A stretch of DNA of 64,000 nucleotides from an uncultured Gammaproteobacteria bacterium (GTDB lineage: Bacteria; Patescibacteriota; Microgenomatia; Levybacterales; GWA1-39-11). A program made the translations under genes and the position numbers. The notes beneath the pieces were generated by a model. The model had not been told where the DNA came from, did no database searches, and worked only from the letters and a program-made list of their open reading frames with translations. Each line of letters begins with the position of its first letter. Position 1 is the first letter of the stretch. The DNA is taken from the NCBI GenBank assembly GCA_964425075.1, contig CAYRKM010000002.1:162898-226897 (forward strand), written 5' to 3'. Below, in pieces: positions 28,631 to 37,547 of the stretch.

Positions 28631-29962
28631 TTGTTGTCATTACAAGTTTTATCACTACTCGCTTGCTTAAAACCCTTGTTCGCTAATTCTATGATTCAAA
28701 TACTTAGCATTATTGTAATTACAGTTGGTGTTATCAATTTACTGAGAATGGTAATGCTTTTGGTTGGTTCTGATATATATAACTTGGCTTTCCATATAAA
28801 AAAAAGAGGAAAAAAGGTTTTAAATTTTCCCACTATTAGCATAGTCATCCCTGCCTTCAATGAAGAAAAAACAATTATTCAGTGTGTCTCATCTATTCTA
28901 AGTAGCAATTATCCAAAGGAGAAAACCGAAATAATAGTGGTTGATGACGGCTCAAGCGATAAAACCGCATTGAAAGTCGAAAAATTTAAAAACCTTCATA
29001 ATATTAAAAATCTCATTGTAATAACTCAAAACAATCTCGGTAAAGCACATGCTTTAAATAATGGAATGATGAATTTTGCGTCAGGAGAATTAGTTATGTG
29101 TCTTGATGCTGACTCCAAGCTAAGTAAAGACGCCCTAAGTAAGGCATCCGTGTATTTTCAAGATGAAAAAGTAGTTGCCCTAGCAACAAATGTCAAAATA
29201 GATAAAAACAAGGGCCTTCTGAATCTATTGCAAATGTACGAGTACATCGTCTGTTATCAAACGAAGAGAGCTCAAACAATTTTTAATATTGAATATATTA
29301 TTGGTGGAATTGGTTCAATGTTTCGAAAAAGTTTCATTGAACAAATTGGATATTATGATGCTAATACTGTAACGGAAGATATCGATATAACCATGAAAAT
29401 TTTGCAAAACGGCAACAGGAAAGTAAAAGTTATGTATGCCGCAGACGTTATAACATATACCCAAGGGGCGCTTACTGTTTCTGATTTAATTAAGCAAAGA
29501 ACTCGATGGAAATGGGGAAGATATCAAACCTTCCTAAAAAATAAGTCGATGTTCTTCACGAATGACAAAAAATTTACCAAAGGATTAACGTGGCTATATT
29601 TGCCTTTTGCTCTATGGAACGATTTTGCATTTATTTTTGAGCCAATCATCATAACTTATATTGTTTTAATATCTATTATATTCCGTGACCCATTTACAAT
29701 TTTGTCAGCCTTTACTGTTTTAACCTTTTATTTAAGCATGAATATACTTGCTGAGAACACAATTCCATTGAAACTTAGATTAAAGCTTTTACTATTAACT
29801 CCTTTTATGTATGTACTTTTTTATGTTTTAAGTTATGTCGAATATGTTGCACTTATTAAATCTTTAGGTAATATTCATGCTCTTAAAAATAGCCTCACTA
29901 CTCAAAATAACACTTGGCATCCTATCAAACGCCCTAGCTACATAACTGATACAACCTACTAA
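28631..29962 (+). CDS. membrane glycosyltransferase family 2 (PgaC/cellulose-synthase-like)
   Basis: IVIPAFNEE...VVDDGSSDKT, DAD motif CLDADSKL, QRTRWKWG (QxxRW), C-terminal TM bundle; probable true start MIQILS at about 28691. Confidence 0.85.
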   Translation: MLSLQVLSLLACLKPLFANSMIQILSIIVITVGVINLLRMVMLLVGSDIYNLAFHIKKRGKKVLNFPTISIVIPAFNEEKTIIQCVSSILSSNYPKEKTEIIVVDDGSSDKTALKVEKFKNLHNIKNLIVITQNNLGKAHALNNGMMNFASGELVMCLDADSKLSKDALSKASVYFQDEKVVALATNVKIDKNKGLLNLLQMYEYIVCYQTKRAQTIFNIEYIIGGIGSMFRKSFIEQIGYYDANTVTEDIDITMKILQNGNRKVKVMYAADVITYTQGALTVSDLIKQRTRWKWGRYQTFLKNKSMFFTNDKKFTKGLTWLYLPFALWNDFAFIFEPIIITYIVLISIIFRDPFTILSAFTVLTFYLSMNILAENTIPLKLRLKLLLLTPFMYVLFYVLSYVEYVALIKSLGNIHALKNSLTTQNNTWHPIKRPSYITDTTY

Positions 29963-29969
29963 AAACCAA

Positions 29970-31100
29970 CTACTTCAAATACTTTTCAAAAAATTCCACA
30001 GTATTTTGCATTGCCCGGTTAAAACTCGCACCTGAAATGTTGTGCCCCCCACTCTCATACTCATTAAGCTGATGAGGAATTGACGTTTTGTTAAGAAGTG
30101 CATTCAAATCTCTACTGTAGCTTATGTCAACCACATCATCATTAACTGCGTGATCAAGCTGAATTGCGCCCTTTATATCAGTTAAATAATTGGTCATTGG
30201 TACTTGTTGCCAAAAAGGACTCTCTTTAGAAAATTGACCATATTTGTTGAATAATTCCGTCCTTCTTCTTTGCCTATTGGAATTATCCATTGGAGGTCTG
30301 TAGCTATTATCATTTAAACCATATTTACGTAAATCCTCATATGAATACCCGGCTCCTGCCCAAATAACGACTGCAGGAATTGTGGGTTTTACGGCTAAGC
30401 TTCTAGAAACAACATTGCCTGCCATGGAATGCCCCCAGAGGCCAATTTTCTCAGGGTTTACAAATTCCTGGCTTTGTAGTGCGCTATAAGCTGACAAAGT
30501 GTCTATAACATAGTCTGATGAGTAATACGCTCCACCAGGCTCACCCTCAGAGCTTCCATGACCTCTAAGATCAATTTTGAAAACAACAAATCCATTTCGA
30601 GCAAGGTAATCAACATAGTCTGAATAGTTTGAGGTCGTTTTGTAAAGGGTAGGCGGAATATATCCATGAACAAATACAATTGCGCTCCACCCCTCAAGAG
30701 GTCTGTCTCCTTTTGGAACAGTAAGATATCCATTAACCTTCAAACCGTCTGAAGTGAAACTCGTTAAATACCCACTATACTCTGCAAACTCATCAATTTG
30801 TTGCATCTCGCCCATTTTACTTTCATAACTCCTATTGCGAAGATATGGAACTGTCAATTCTTGAAAAGAAAATGGAGTCGGTGAGGGAGATATTGTTGTC
30901 GAATTTGAAATAACTGGCAATTCAGTTGAAAAACTAATTTTGTTTTTAAGCAAAAAAAAGGCAGAAGTTAACAGCAAAAGAATTATTAAAGCAGAAAAAA
31001 GCCATAATCTTTTATTATTTTTCTTTGGGACTGAGGGGAAATTATCCTCAGATATCGTAGTTACAGGTAAGGATTCAGGCATGATTTCAAGTATAAACAA
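29970..31100 (-). CDS. secreted alpha/beta hydrolase (prolyl-oligopeptidase/dienelactone-hydrolase-like)
   Basis: N-terminal TM; nucleophile elbow GLWGHSMAGN; downstream D and H. Confidence 0.78.
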   Translation of the reverse strand: MFILEIMPESLPVTTISEDNFPSVPKKNNKRLWLFSALIILLLLTSAFFLLKNKISFSTELPVISNSTTISPSPTPFSFQELTVPYLRNRSYESKMGEMQQIDEFAEYSGYLTSFTSDGLKVNGYLTVPKGDRPLEGWSAIVFVHGYIPPTLYKTTSNYSDYVDYLARNGFVVFKIDLRGHGSSEGEPGGAYYSSDYVIDTLSAYSALQSQEFVNPEKIGLWGHSMAGNVVSRSLAVKPTIPAVVIWAGAGYSYEDLRKYGLNDNSYRPPMDNSNRQRRRTELFNKYGQFSKESPFWQQVPMTNYLTDIKGAIQLDHAVNDDVVDISYSRDLNALLNKTSIPHQLNEYESGGHNISGASFNRAMQNTVEFFEKYLK

Positions 31101-31204
31101 CCCGCGACCTTACGGTCGAGGTAGTTAAAAAAACTTTTTTTAGCAAGATTAGAGAAGGAGAATGTCCTACACCCTCCTTCTCAACATTTTGTAATCAGAA
31201 GATG

Positions 31205-31624
31205 TTATTCGGTAGCTCCTGATTGATCGTCTCCAGGTTGGCCTTGTGGGGCGCCTGTTGGAGCAGTTCCTCCGGTTGGCATTGTGCCACCCATTGGGGT
31301 TTCTCCACCCAAAGGTGCACCAGTACCAGGAGCACCACTAGGTGCTGCTGGAGCTTCGGTTCCACCCAAAGGAGCAGTAGGTTCATTCATCCCGCCAGTC
31401 ACACCAGTGTCTTCCGTTGCAGGTGCAACGGGTGCAGTAGGCTCAGTGGGAACGACAGGTTCTGGTTGACCCATCCCTCCAGCTGGGGGAGTTTGCACTC
31501 CACCACCCATTCCAGTATCGGTTGGCATACCTCCTGGTTGCTGTGGCATACCTGGGGCCTGTGTTGGAGTTTGAACTCCATCTTGTTGAGTTCCGTTATT
31601 GTTTTGATTTGGATCCAAATTCAT
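31205..31624 (-). CDS. Pro/Gly/Thr-rich low-complexity protein
   Basis: GMPQQPGGMPTDTGMGGGVQTPPAGG...; the antisense + ORF is W/C/S-rich and rejected. Confidence 0.45.
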   Translation of the reverse strand: MNLDPNQNNNGTQQDGVQTPTQAPGMPQQPGGMPTDTGMGGGVQTPPAGGMGQPEPVVPTEPTAPVAPATEDTGVTGGMNEPTAPLGGTEAPAAPSGAPGTGAPLGGETPMGGTMPTGGTAPTGAPQGQPGDDQSGATE

Positions 31625-31741
31625 TCACCTCCCTTCTCTATCTTTATTTTAGTTGTCTTATTTTAAAAGATAGTATATTTGTAACACGTTCTGCATACTG
31701 CTTACAAGTATTTTTTTCTACTTTTTGAAAATCAAAATTTT

Positions 31742-32248
31742 GTGTACAATGGTTTCATGCCAAAACTTCATGAAGATTATTTACGTTCGCTAATGTTTGG
31801 TCTCCAAGATGGACTTGTTTCTACAACTGGTGTAGTTGTGGGAATTTCGGTTGGAACCAACAATAAACCCATTATTGTCCTTGCAGCGCTTGTTGCAGTT
31901 ATGGTTGAGGCAACCTCTATGGCTGCTGGGCAATATTCTTCTGAGAAAGCTGTCCACCAGATGGATAAAACAGGAAAACATACTGATAGCCTTATTCTGG
32001 GTGCATTAATTATGTTTTTTGCCTATCTTATCGGAGGAATGTTCTCCATTGTACCTACTATCTTCTTTGGACAGCCTGAAGCACAACTAATCGCTGTTCT
32101 TTCTGCCTTTGCTGGACTTTTCTTAGTAGGCTACATTAAAGGACAACTTGTAGAACACCACCCCTTAAGAAGTGCTGTTGAGCTCTTTATAATAGGTGCT
32201 GTTGCAACCGTGATTGGACTTGCTGTTGGACTATACCTTAAGGTTTAG
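31742..32248 (+). CDS. VIT1/CCC1-family (DUF125) membrane protein
   Basis: GLQDGLVSTTGVVVG motif, 5 TM. Confidence 0.78.
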   Translation: MYNGFMPKLHEDYLRSLMFGLQDGLVSTTGVVVGISVGTNNKPIIVLAALVAVMVEATSMAAGQYSSEKAVHQMDKTGKHTDSLILGALIMFFAYLIGGMFSIVPTIFFGQPEAQLIAVLSAFAGLFLVGYIKGQLVEHHPLRSAVELFIIGAVATVIGLAVGLYLKV

Positions 32249-34572
32249 GAAAGAAATGCACGAAGATAGGGCGTTGACATTACTATAAATTGAATAAGAA
32301 GCGTTATAAGAACTGAGAAAATAAGAAACCAACTTACTGGCCTAAATCCCCGACGTATAAGAAAAACGATCCCCATCTCGCCTATTATTAATGCATTAAA
32401 AACTACAAGTCGGGCGTTTTCATGTGGCATGTACTTTAGGCTTATGTAGTAAAGAACTAAAAGAAATAGGGCAAAAGGAACAGTTATTTTGGTAATTCTT
32501 ATAATCCTTTTAAGGCTTAAAATGTTTTCATTTACATTCCTTGGCTTCTTGAGCAATAAGTTCTTACCCTTCGTATCTGTTGAAAGAGCCAATGCAGGCA
32601 ATCCATCTCCTACTAAATTCACCCACAAAATCTGGGTCGCTGTAAGGGGAATAGGAAGTCCCAAAACAATACTTATGAAAATTAGTAAAAACTCTGTAAT
32701 ATTGGAGGACAAAAGGAAAACCACAACCTTCACAATGTTTTCAAATATCCCTCTTCCTTCCTCTACCGCTTTGACAATGGTATATAAATTGTCATCTGTT
32801 ATTACAACGTCAGACGCTTCCTTTGCTACATCAGTCCCACTCTTACCCATCGCAACCCCAATATGAGCCTCAGAAAGCGCTAATGCGTCATTTACCCCAT
32901 CCCCCGTTACGGCCACAACATAGCCTGCCTGCTTATAAAGTCTCACAAGACGCTGCTTATCCTCAGGCTTCATTCTTGCAAATATTCTTATGCTTGGAAG
33001 AATCCTCAACAATTCTTCATCCGTTGTTTTTTCCATCTCGTCTGTTGTAAATATCATTTCCCCATCTTTTATCAAACCCACTTCCTCAGCTATGAATTTT
33101 GCGGTTTGGGGGTTGTCTCCAGTTACCATAACCACCCTAATTCCAGCCTTATTTGCCTGAACTATGGCCTCTCTAGCCTCAATTCTTGGAGCATCATAAA
33201 TTCCCAATAACCCAATAAGGGCATATTCTTTTCCTTCTTTTGAAGCAAAAGCAATAACCCTAAGCCCAACGCTTGCCATTTTTTCCATTTTTTTAAATGC
33301 TTCTGTTTCTTTTGAATAACCTACAAGTTCAAATATGCTTTCGGGCGCGCCACGCACAAATTCCGTTTTCTTACCTTCATTTTCCCAAACAATATGAATT
33401 AATTTTGTCTCGGGGTCAAAAGGATCTTCGGATACAATTTTCCCCTCCTTTTGAAATTCTTCGAGGTTTTCTACCTTACCCTTTGCAAAAGAAAGCATTG
33501 CTCCATCAGTTTTGTCTCCTATAATTTCTATTTTCCCATCCTCTTCATCCACAAGGCTTGCAGTGTTTCCCAAAACACAGCTTCTAATAAGCAAAGGCAT
33601 TTTGCTATCAGCTACTAACCAATGCGACTTCACTGACATTTTATTCTGAGTGATAGTCCCTGTTTTATCAGACAAAACTGCAGTTGTTGCGCCCAATGTT
33701 TCAATTGCAGACATTTTACGCACGATGGTCTTTTGCTGCGCAAGCCGATGGGCCCCTACGGCCAAAGCAACAGTTACTACAAGAGGTAATCCCTCAGGAA
33801 TTACAGCAACTGCTACGCTAACAACGGTCAAAATAAGCTGCTGAAAATCTCTATTTTGAAGTATTCCAATCGGGATGAGTAATATTGCCAACAAAATTCC
33901 AAAAAATGCGAGTTTTTTACCTAATTCATCAATATTTTGAGCAAGAGGCGTTGGGGGGCGTTTTATTTTTTTTATAGCTGTAGCAATTTGTCCAAGTCGT
34001 GTTTTAAAACCCGTTGCCTCAATTTTAATCATTCCTTTTCCTTGTACGATAAAAGTTCCCATAAACATTGAGTCATTCAATTTCTTCTCAACAGACATCG
34101 ACTCTCCAGTGAGAAGAGACTCATCTATTTCAATAGGAACAGTAGTTAAAAGAATACCGTCAGCAGGAATTCTATCTCCCTCTCTTAACGAAACCATATC
34201 TCCTGGAACCAGCAACTTAGCCTCGATTTCGATCTCCTCACCGTCTCTTATAACTCTTGCTAATGGAGATGAGAGGTCTTTTAGTTTTTCAAGGGTTTTT
34301 TCAGCCCGAAATTGTTGAATAAAACCAAAAAGACCATTCAAAAGTAAAATAAGAAAAATGAAAAATGAGTCAGCTTTCTCTCCCAAAAACAAAGAAAAAA
34401 GACCCGCAAAGAACAATATTAACGTAATGATGTTGGTGTATTGTGAAATAAGAAGCCTAAAAATTGAGCTTGACTCTTTATCAGCTATCTCATTTTTCCC
34501 AAATTCCTTGAGCAATATATTTGCTTGCGACGAAGATATTCCCTGGTATTCTTGCTTCATAACAATTCTCAT
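32245..34572 (-). CDS. P-type cation-transporting ATPase (P2-type, Ca2+/Mg2+-like)
   Basis: DKTGTITQNKM, TGES, VTGDGVNDALALSEAHIGVAMG, 10 TM. Confidence 0.93.
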   Translation of the reverse strand: MRIVMKQEYQGISSSQANILLKEFGKNEIADKESSSIFRLLISQYTNIITLILFFAGLFSLFLGEKADSFFIFLILLLNGLFGFIQQFRAEKTLEKLKDLSSPLARVIRDGEEIEIEAKLLVPGDMVSLREGDRIPADGILLTTVPIEIDESLLTGESMSVEKKLNDSMFMGTFIVQGKGMIKIEATGFKTRLGQIATAIKKIKRPPTPLAQNIDELGKKLAFFGILLAILLIPIGILQNRDFQQLILTVVSVAVAVIPEGLPLVVTVALAVGAHRLAQQKTIVRKMSAIETLGATTAVLSDKTGTITQNKMSVKSHWLVADSKMPLLIRSCVLGNTASLVDEEDGKIEIIGDKTDGAMLSFAKGKVENLEEFQKEGKIVSEDPFDPETKLIHIVWENEGKKTEFVRGAPESIFELVGYSKETEAFKKMEKMASVGLRVIAFASKEGKEYALIGLLGIYDAPRIEAREAIVQANKAGIRVVMVTGDNPQTAKFIAEEVGLIKDGEMIFTTDEMEKTTDEELLRILPSIRIFARMKPEDKQRLVRLYKQAGYVVAVTGDGVNDALALSEAHIGVAMGKSGTDVAKEASDVVITDDNLYTIVKAVEEGRGIFENIVKVVVFLLSSNITEFLLIFISIVLGLPIPLTATQILWVNLVGDGLPALALSTDTKGKNLLLKKPRNVNENILSLKRIIRITKITVPFALFLLVLYYISLKYMPHENARLVVFNALIIGEMGIVFLIRRGFRPVSWFLIFSVLITLLIQFIVMSTPYLRAFLS

Positions 34573-34701
34573 GGTACCTGAAATTGCTTATTAAAAACAA
34601 GAACCCAAGTAGGAAATACTTTACTATATACATCTACCACTTGACATTTGGGCACAAGTAGTGTATATTACCGGACTAAGCTCTTAAACAGAGCTTTTTT
34701 T

Positions 34702-36012
34702 ATGAAAAAATTAATGAAGAAATTATTCTATTCTTTAGCAATTATTCTGTTGCTGGGGACCTTCGTATCTAAAGCATTCAACGCTGCTCCTGTAGTCCTT
34801 GCACAAGGCAACACAGATGTTACTATTTGTCACGCAACAGGAAGTTCTAGCAATCCCTACTCTAAAATTACAGTTGATGACGATGCTGTTGATGGAAATG
34901 GAAACAGCGACCACAACCGAAACGACCACCAAAATGGGGAAGATATTATTCCTCCAGGACCATGGGATTGGAATGGAAGAAATTGGGATACTACTGGTCA
35001 AGCAATTTGGAACAATAACTGTGTAGTACCTAATCCTTACTCTGTAGCAATTAACGAAGTCGCATTGAGCTGTGGATCTGGTCAAAAAACAATTACAGGT
35101 ACTGCTACTTTCGGCACAGATACTTCAACTACTCTACTTGTAAAAATTAACGGAACTACAGTTATTGATAGCGAAAGCGAAACTACTTCATGGAGCTTTA
35201 ATTACAACTTAACAGCAGGAACTAGCTACACTGTTACTGCAGCTGTATATGATAGTAGCAATCCAGACGTTACTGGATCACATCAAGATACACCTAAGGC
35301 TACTGATTCATGGACATTCACAGTAAACACCTGCGTTAATGACGTTTGTACTAATCTTGATGGAATTCAGGAATCATTACCAAATGGTTATTACTTTGCA
35401 AGTGCTGGAATTTGTGCTGAAAAAACTCCAGTGTGTACTGATGTAAATGCTTCAAACTATGATTCAGAAGTAACTGCTAACGAGTACAGCAACAATAATG
35501 TTTGCCAATACCCAATTGATGTATGTACCAATATTGATGGTACCCAAACCACATTGCCTGAAGGATATCATTATGCAGGTGAAGGTATTTGTGTGCAGGA
35601 TGAAGTAGAAACAACTCCTACTCCTACACCTACTCCAACCGATGAGTGTAGTGAATTTGATGAAAATGGAATTTGTATTGAATGTGACGGCGGTGGAGAA
35701 TGTGAAGTAGTTATTGGTGGCACACCAACTCCTACACCAACTCCAACTGAAACCGTAACACCAACTCCAACTCAACCTGCAAACGTAGGTGGAGCTGCTC
35801 CTGGAGGAGACGGACTTTCAGATGGACGTTCTGATGGAAGATCTGATGGACGAGGAGGACAAGCTCCTTCAGCAGGTCAAGTATTAGGTGCTAACACAAT
35901 GGGTGCAACTGGAGACTTTGGTTCACTTATCTCAAAAATGCTCTTCGCTTTAGGTCTTACTTTTACCACTCTTGCGAGTGCGGGCCATGCAAAAAAGAAA
36001 AAATTATCATAA
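34702..36012 (+). CDS. secreted Cys-rich, TP-repeat surface protein with C-terminal tripartite sorting signal (candidate sortase substrate)
   Basis: Signal peptide MKKLMKKLFYSLAIILLLGTFVSKAFNA; two tandem CTNxDGxQxxLPxGYxxAxxGIC modules; TPTPTPTPT linkers; SDGRSDGRSDGR; C-terminus LGANTMGATGDFGSLISKMLFALGLTFTTLASAGHAKKKKLS (motif, hydrophobic segment, then basic tail). Confidence 0.6.
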   Translation: MKKLMKKLFYSLAIILLLGTFVSKAFNAAPVVLAQGNTDVTICHATGSSSNPYSKITVDDDAVDGNGNSDHNRNDHQNGEDIIPPGPWDWNGRNWDTTGQAIWNNNCVVPNPYSVAINEVALSCGSGQKTITGTATFGTDTSTTLLVKINGTTVIDSESETTSWSFNYNLTAGTSYTVTAAVYDSSNPDVTGSHQDTPKATDSWTFTVNTCVNDVCTNLDGIQESLPNGYYFASAGICAEKTPVCTDVNASNYDSEVTANEYSNNNVCQYPIDVCTNIDGTQTTLPEGYHYAGEGICVQDEVETTPTPTPTPTDECSEFDENGICIECDGGGECEVVIGGTPTPTPTPTETVTPTPTQPANVGGAAPGGDGLSDGRSDGRSDGRGGQAPSAGQVLGANTMGATGDFGSLISKMLFALGLTFTTLASAGHAKKKKLS

Positions 36013-36598
36013 TTTTTTCTCCCGCAAAAAAATTCGCAAACTATCCAAAAAGATAACCGGGAGAATCACACGACTTAACAACCCCACAGTATTTTTTGCT
36101 TTGGGTCTTCTTTTCCTTGCCCTTTGGGGAATTCGGGAAGTACACATAGCAACAAGGCTTTCATTTAGTTCTACCGTTATAACAAATGAGCTAAGTGGAA
36201 ATATCATTCATCCAGTTAAAATTTCAATTCCCTCAATTAAAACTGACCTTCCAATTGAGGAAAAGCTGATTGAAAAAGGCATTTGGCAAATAAGCAACAA
36301 AGGAGTATCTCACCTAGCAACATCAGCATATCCTGGAAATCCTGGAAACATAATCATGTATGGACACAATACTGACGAAAGACTTGGAAGGTTGCAGTTT
36401 ATAAAAACGGGTGAAATTATAAAAATAACATCAACAAATGGAAGAGTATTTGAATATAAGGTAAAAACTGTAGAAGTAGTTAAGCCCACAGATATTGATA
36501 GGCTTATGTCATATTCTGGGGAAACCTTAACTATTTATACATGTATTGGATTTGCTGATCTTAAAAGAGTTTTGGTTAAGGCTGAAAGAGTAAGGTAA
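35972..36598 (+). CDS. sortase-family transpeptidase
   Basis: N-terminal TM; IPSIKTD; His-loop HLATSAYPGNPGNIIMYGHN; TLxTC-type LTIYTCIG; conserved Arg RVLVKAE; overlaps the upstream gene by 41 nt. Confidence 0.88.
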   Translation: MRVRAMQKRKNYHNFFSRKKIRKLSKKITGRITRLNNPTVFFALGLLFLALWGIREVHIATRLSFSSTVITNELSGNIIHPVKISIPSIKTDLPIEEKLIEKGIWQISNKGVSHLATSAYPGNPGNIIMYGHNTDERLGRLQFIKTGEIIKITSTNGRVFEYKVKTVEVVKPTDIDRLMSYSGETLTIYTCIGFADLKRVLVKAERVR

Positions 36599-36601
36599 CT
36601 T

Positions 36602-36817
36602 TCATTTTTTCCCATTAAGACACACCTTACACTCCCCCACATGGGTTGCTCCTATATATATTCCTGAAATTCCAACGAGAATGTAGAAAAAAGTCACGAA
36701 TCCTGGAATAAAAGCAAGTAAACTTTCTGCTAAATTAAGATTAAAAAGTCCCACAAGCCCCCAATTTATTGCTCCGATTAATACCAATAAAAAAGCTACA
36801 ATATGGATTCCTCGCAT
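36602..36817 (-). CDS. DUF378-family small membrane protein
   Basis: GAINWGLVGLFNLNLAE signature. Confidence 0.72.
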   Translation of the reverse strand: MRGIHIVAFLLVLIGAINWGLVGLFNLNLAESLLAFIPGFVTFFYILVGISGIYIGATHVGECKVCLNGKK

Positions 36818-36915
36818 AATTTCACCTCCTTCTTAGAAATTTAAGTGTGTCACGAAACAAAAAAAGAGTCAACACTAATTCTATTTGACCAAATTATGCC
36901 AACCCAATCTCTCTC

Positions 36916-36944
36916 TTGACTTGTGGATGGTAAGCCCTTACGAT
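36916..36944 (+). promoter_or_regulatory. promoter TTGACT-N17-TACGAT, 7 nt before the ATG (leaderless)
   Basis: ctctcTTGACTtgtggatggtaagccctTACGATtgattccATG; shares CTCTTGACT with the htrA promoter. Confidence 0.4.
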
Positions 36945-36951
36945 TGATTCC

Positions 36952-37494
36952 ATGTCAGAAACACCCGAAGCATGTCCAAAATGCGGCAATCCACTTGCTG
37001 AGATAACCACAACTCCAACTGGTAGGAAACTACAGAGATGCTCAACTGGATCCTGGGACAAAGAAACGAGAAAAAATGTTGGATGCGACTTCGTAAAATG
37101 GCTTGAAGTAGAACCGCAAGAACTTGAAGAAAAATGTCCCAAATGTGGTTCCCCCCTAATTCTTGTCGTATCCCGTTTTGGTAAAAAAATGAAGAAATGC
37201 TCAACCAACAAATGGGATAAGGAAACAAAAAAGTCGTCGGGATGCGACTATATTGAATGGATAAATGGAACAACTGAGGAACTTGATGAAGACTGCCCTA
37301 CTTGTGGCAACAAACTTGTTCTCTATACAACCGCTGCCGGTAAAAAAATGAAGAAATGCTCAACCTCCGGATGGGACAGCAAAACAAGAACCGCAACGGG
37401 ATGCACATATGTTGAATGGTTAAAGCCTGGTGAATATCCCGTCAAATTTGATAGCGGTGGCGAAGAATTCCTTCCTCCAGAACCTAAAGATTAA
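36952..37494 (+). CDS. standalone protein of three tandem topoisomerase-I-type C4 zinc ribbons
   Basis: Three repeats of CPKCG(N/S)PL...(K/R)(L/M)(Q/K)(R/K)CST..WDKETxK..GCD(F/Y)(V/I)(K/E)W(L/I); both antisense track ORFs rejected. Confidence 0.75.
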   Translation: MSETPEACPKCGNPLAEITTTPTGRKLQRCSTGSWDKETRKNVGCDFVKWLEVEPQELEEKCPKCGSPLILVVSRFGKKMKKCSTNKWDKETKKSSGCDYIEWINGTTEELDEDCPTCGNKLVLYTTAAGKKMKKCSTSGWDSKTRTATGCTYVEWLKPGEYPVKFDSGGEEFLPPEPKD

Positions 37495-37547
37495 TCTCAA
37501 ATTGATACTCTTGTAATTTATTTTTAAAATCTCTACGATATATCCCA

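Noticed and set aside
31223-31666. 147-aa + strand ORF antisense to the PG-rich gene
   Set aside because: Its W/C/S/R-rich composition is typical of the antisense of GC-rich low-complexity coding sequence. The minus-strand frame is co-oriented with its neighbours.
36894-37273. Two minus-strand ORFs (105 and 111 aa) overlapping the triple zinc-ribbon gene
   Set aside because: The + strand frame shows a clear threefold repeat with paired CxxC motifs and its own promoter. The minus frames are low-complexity and lack features.
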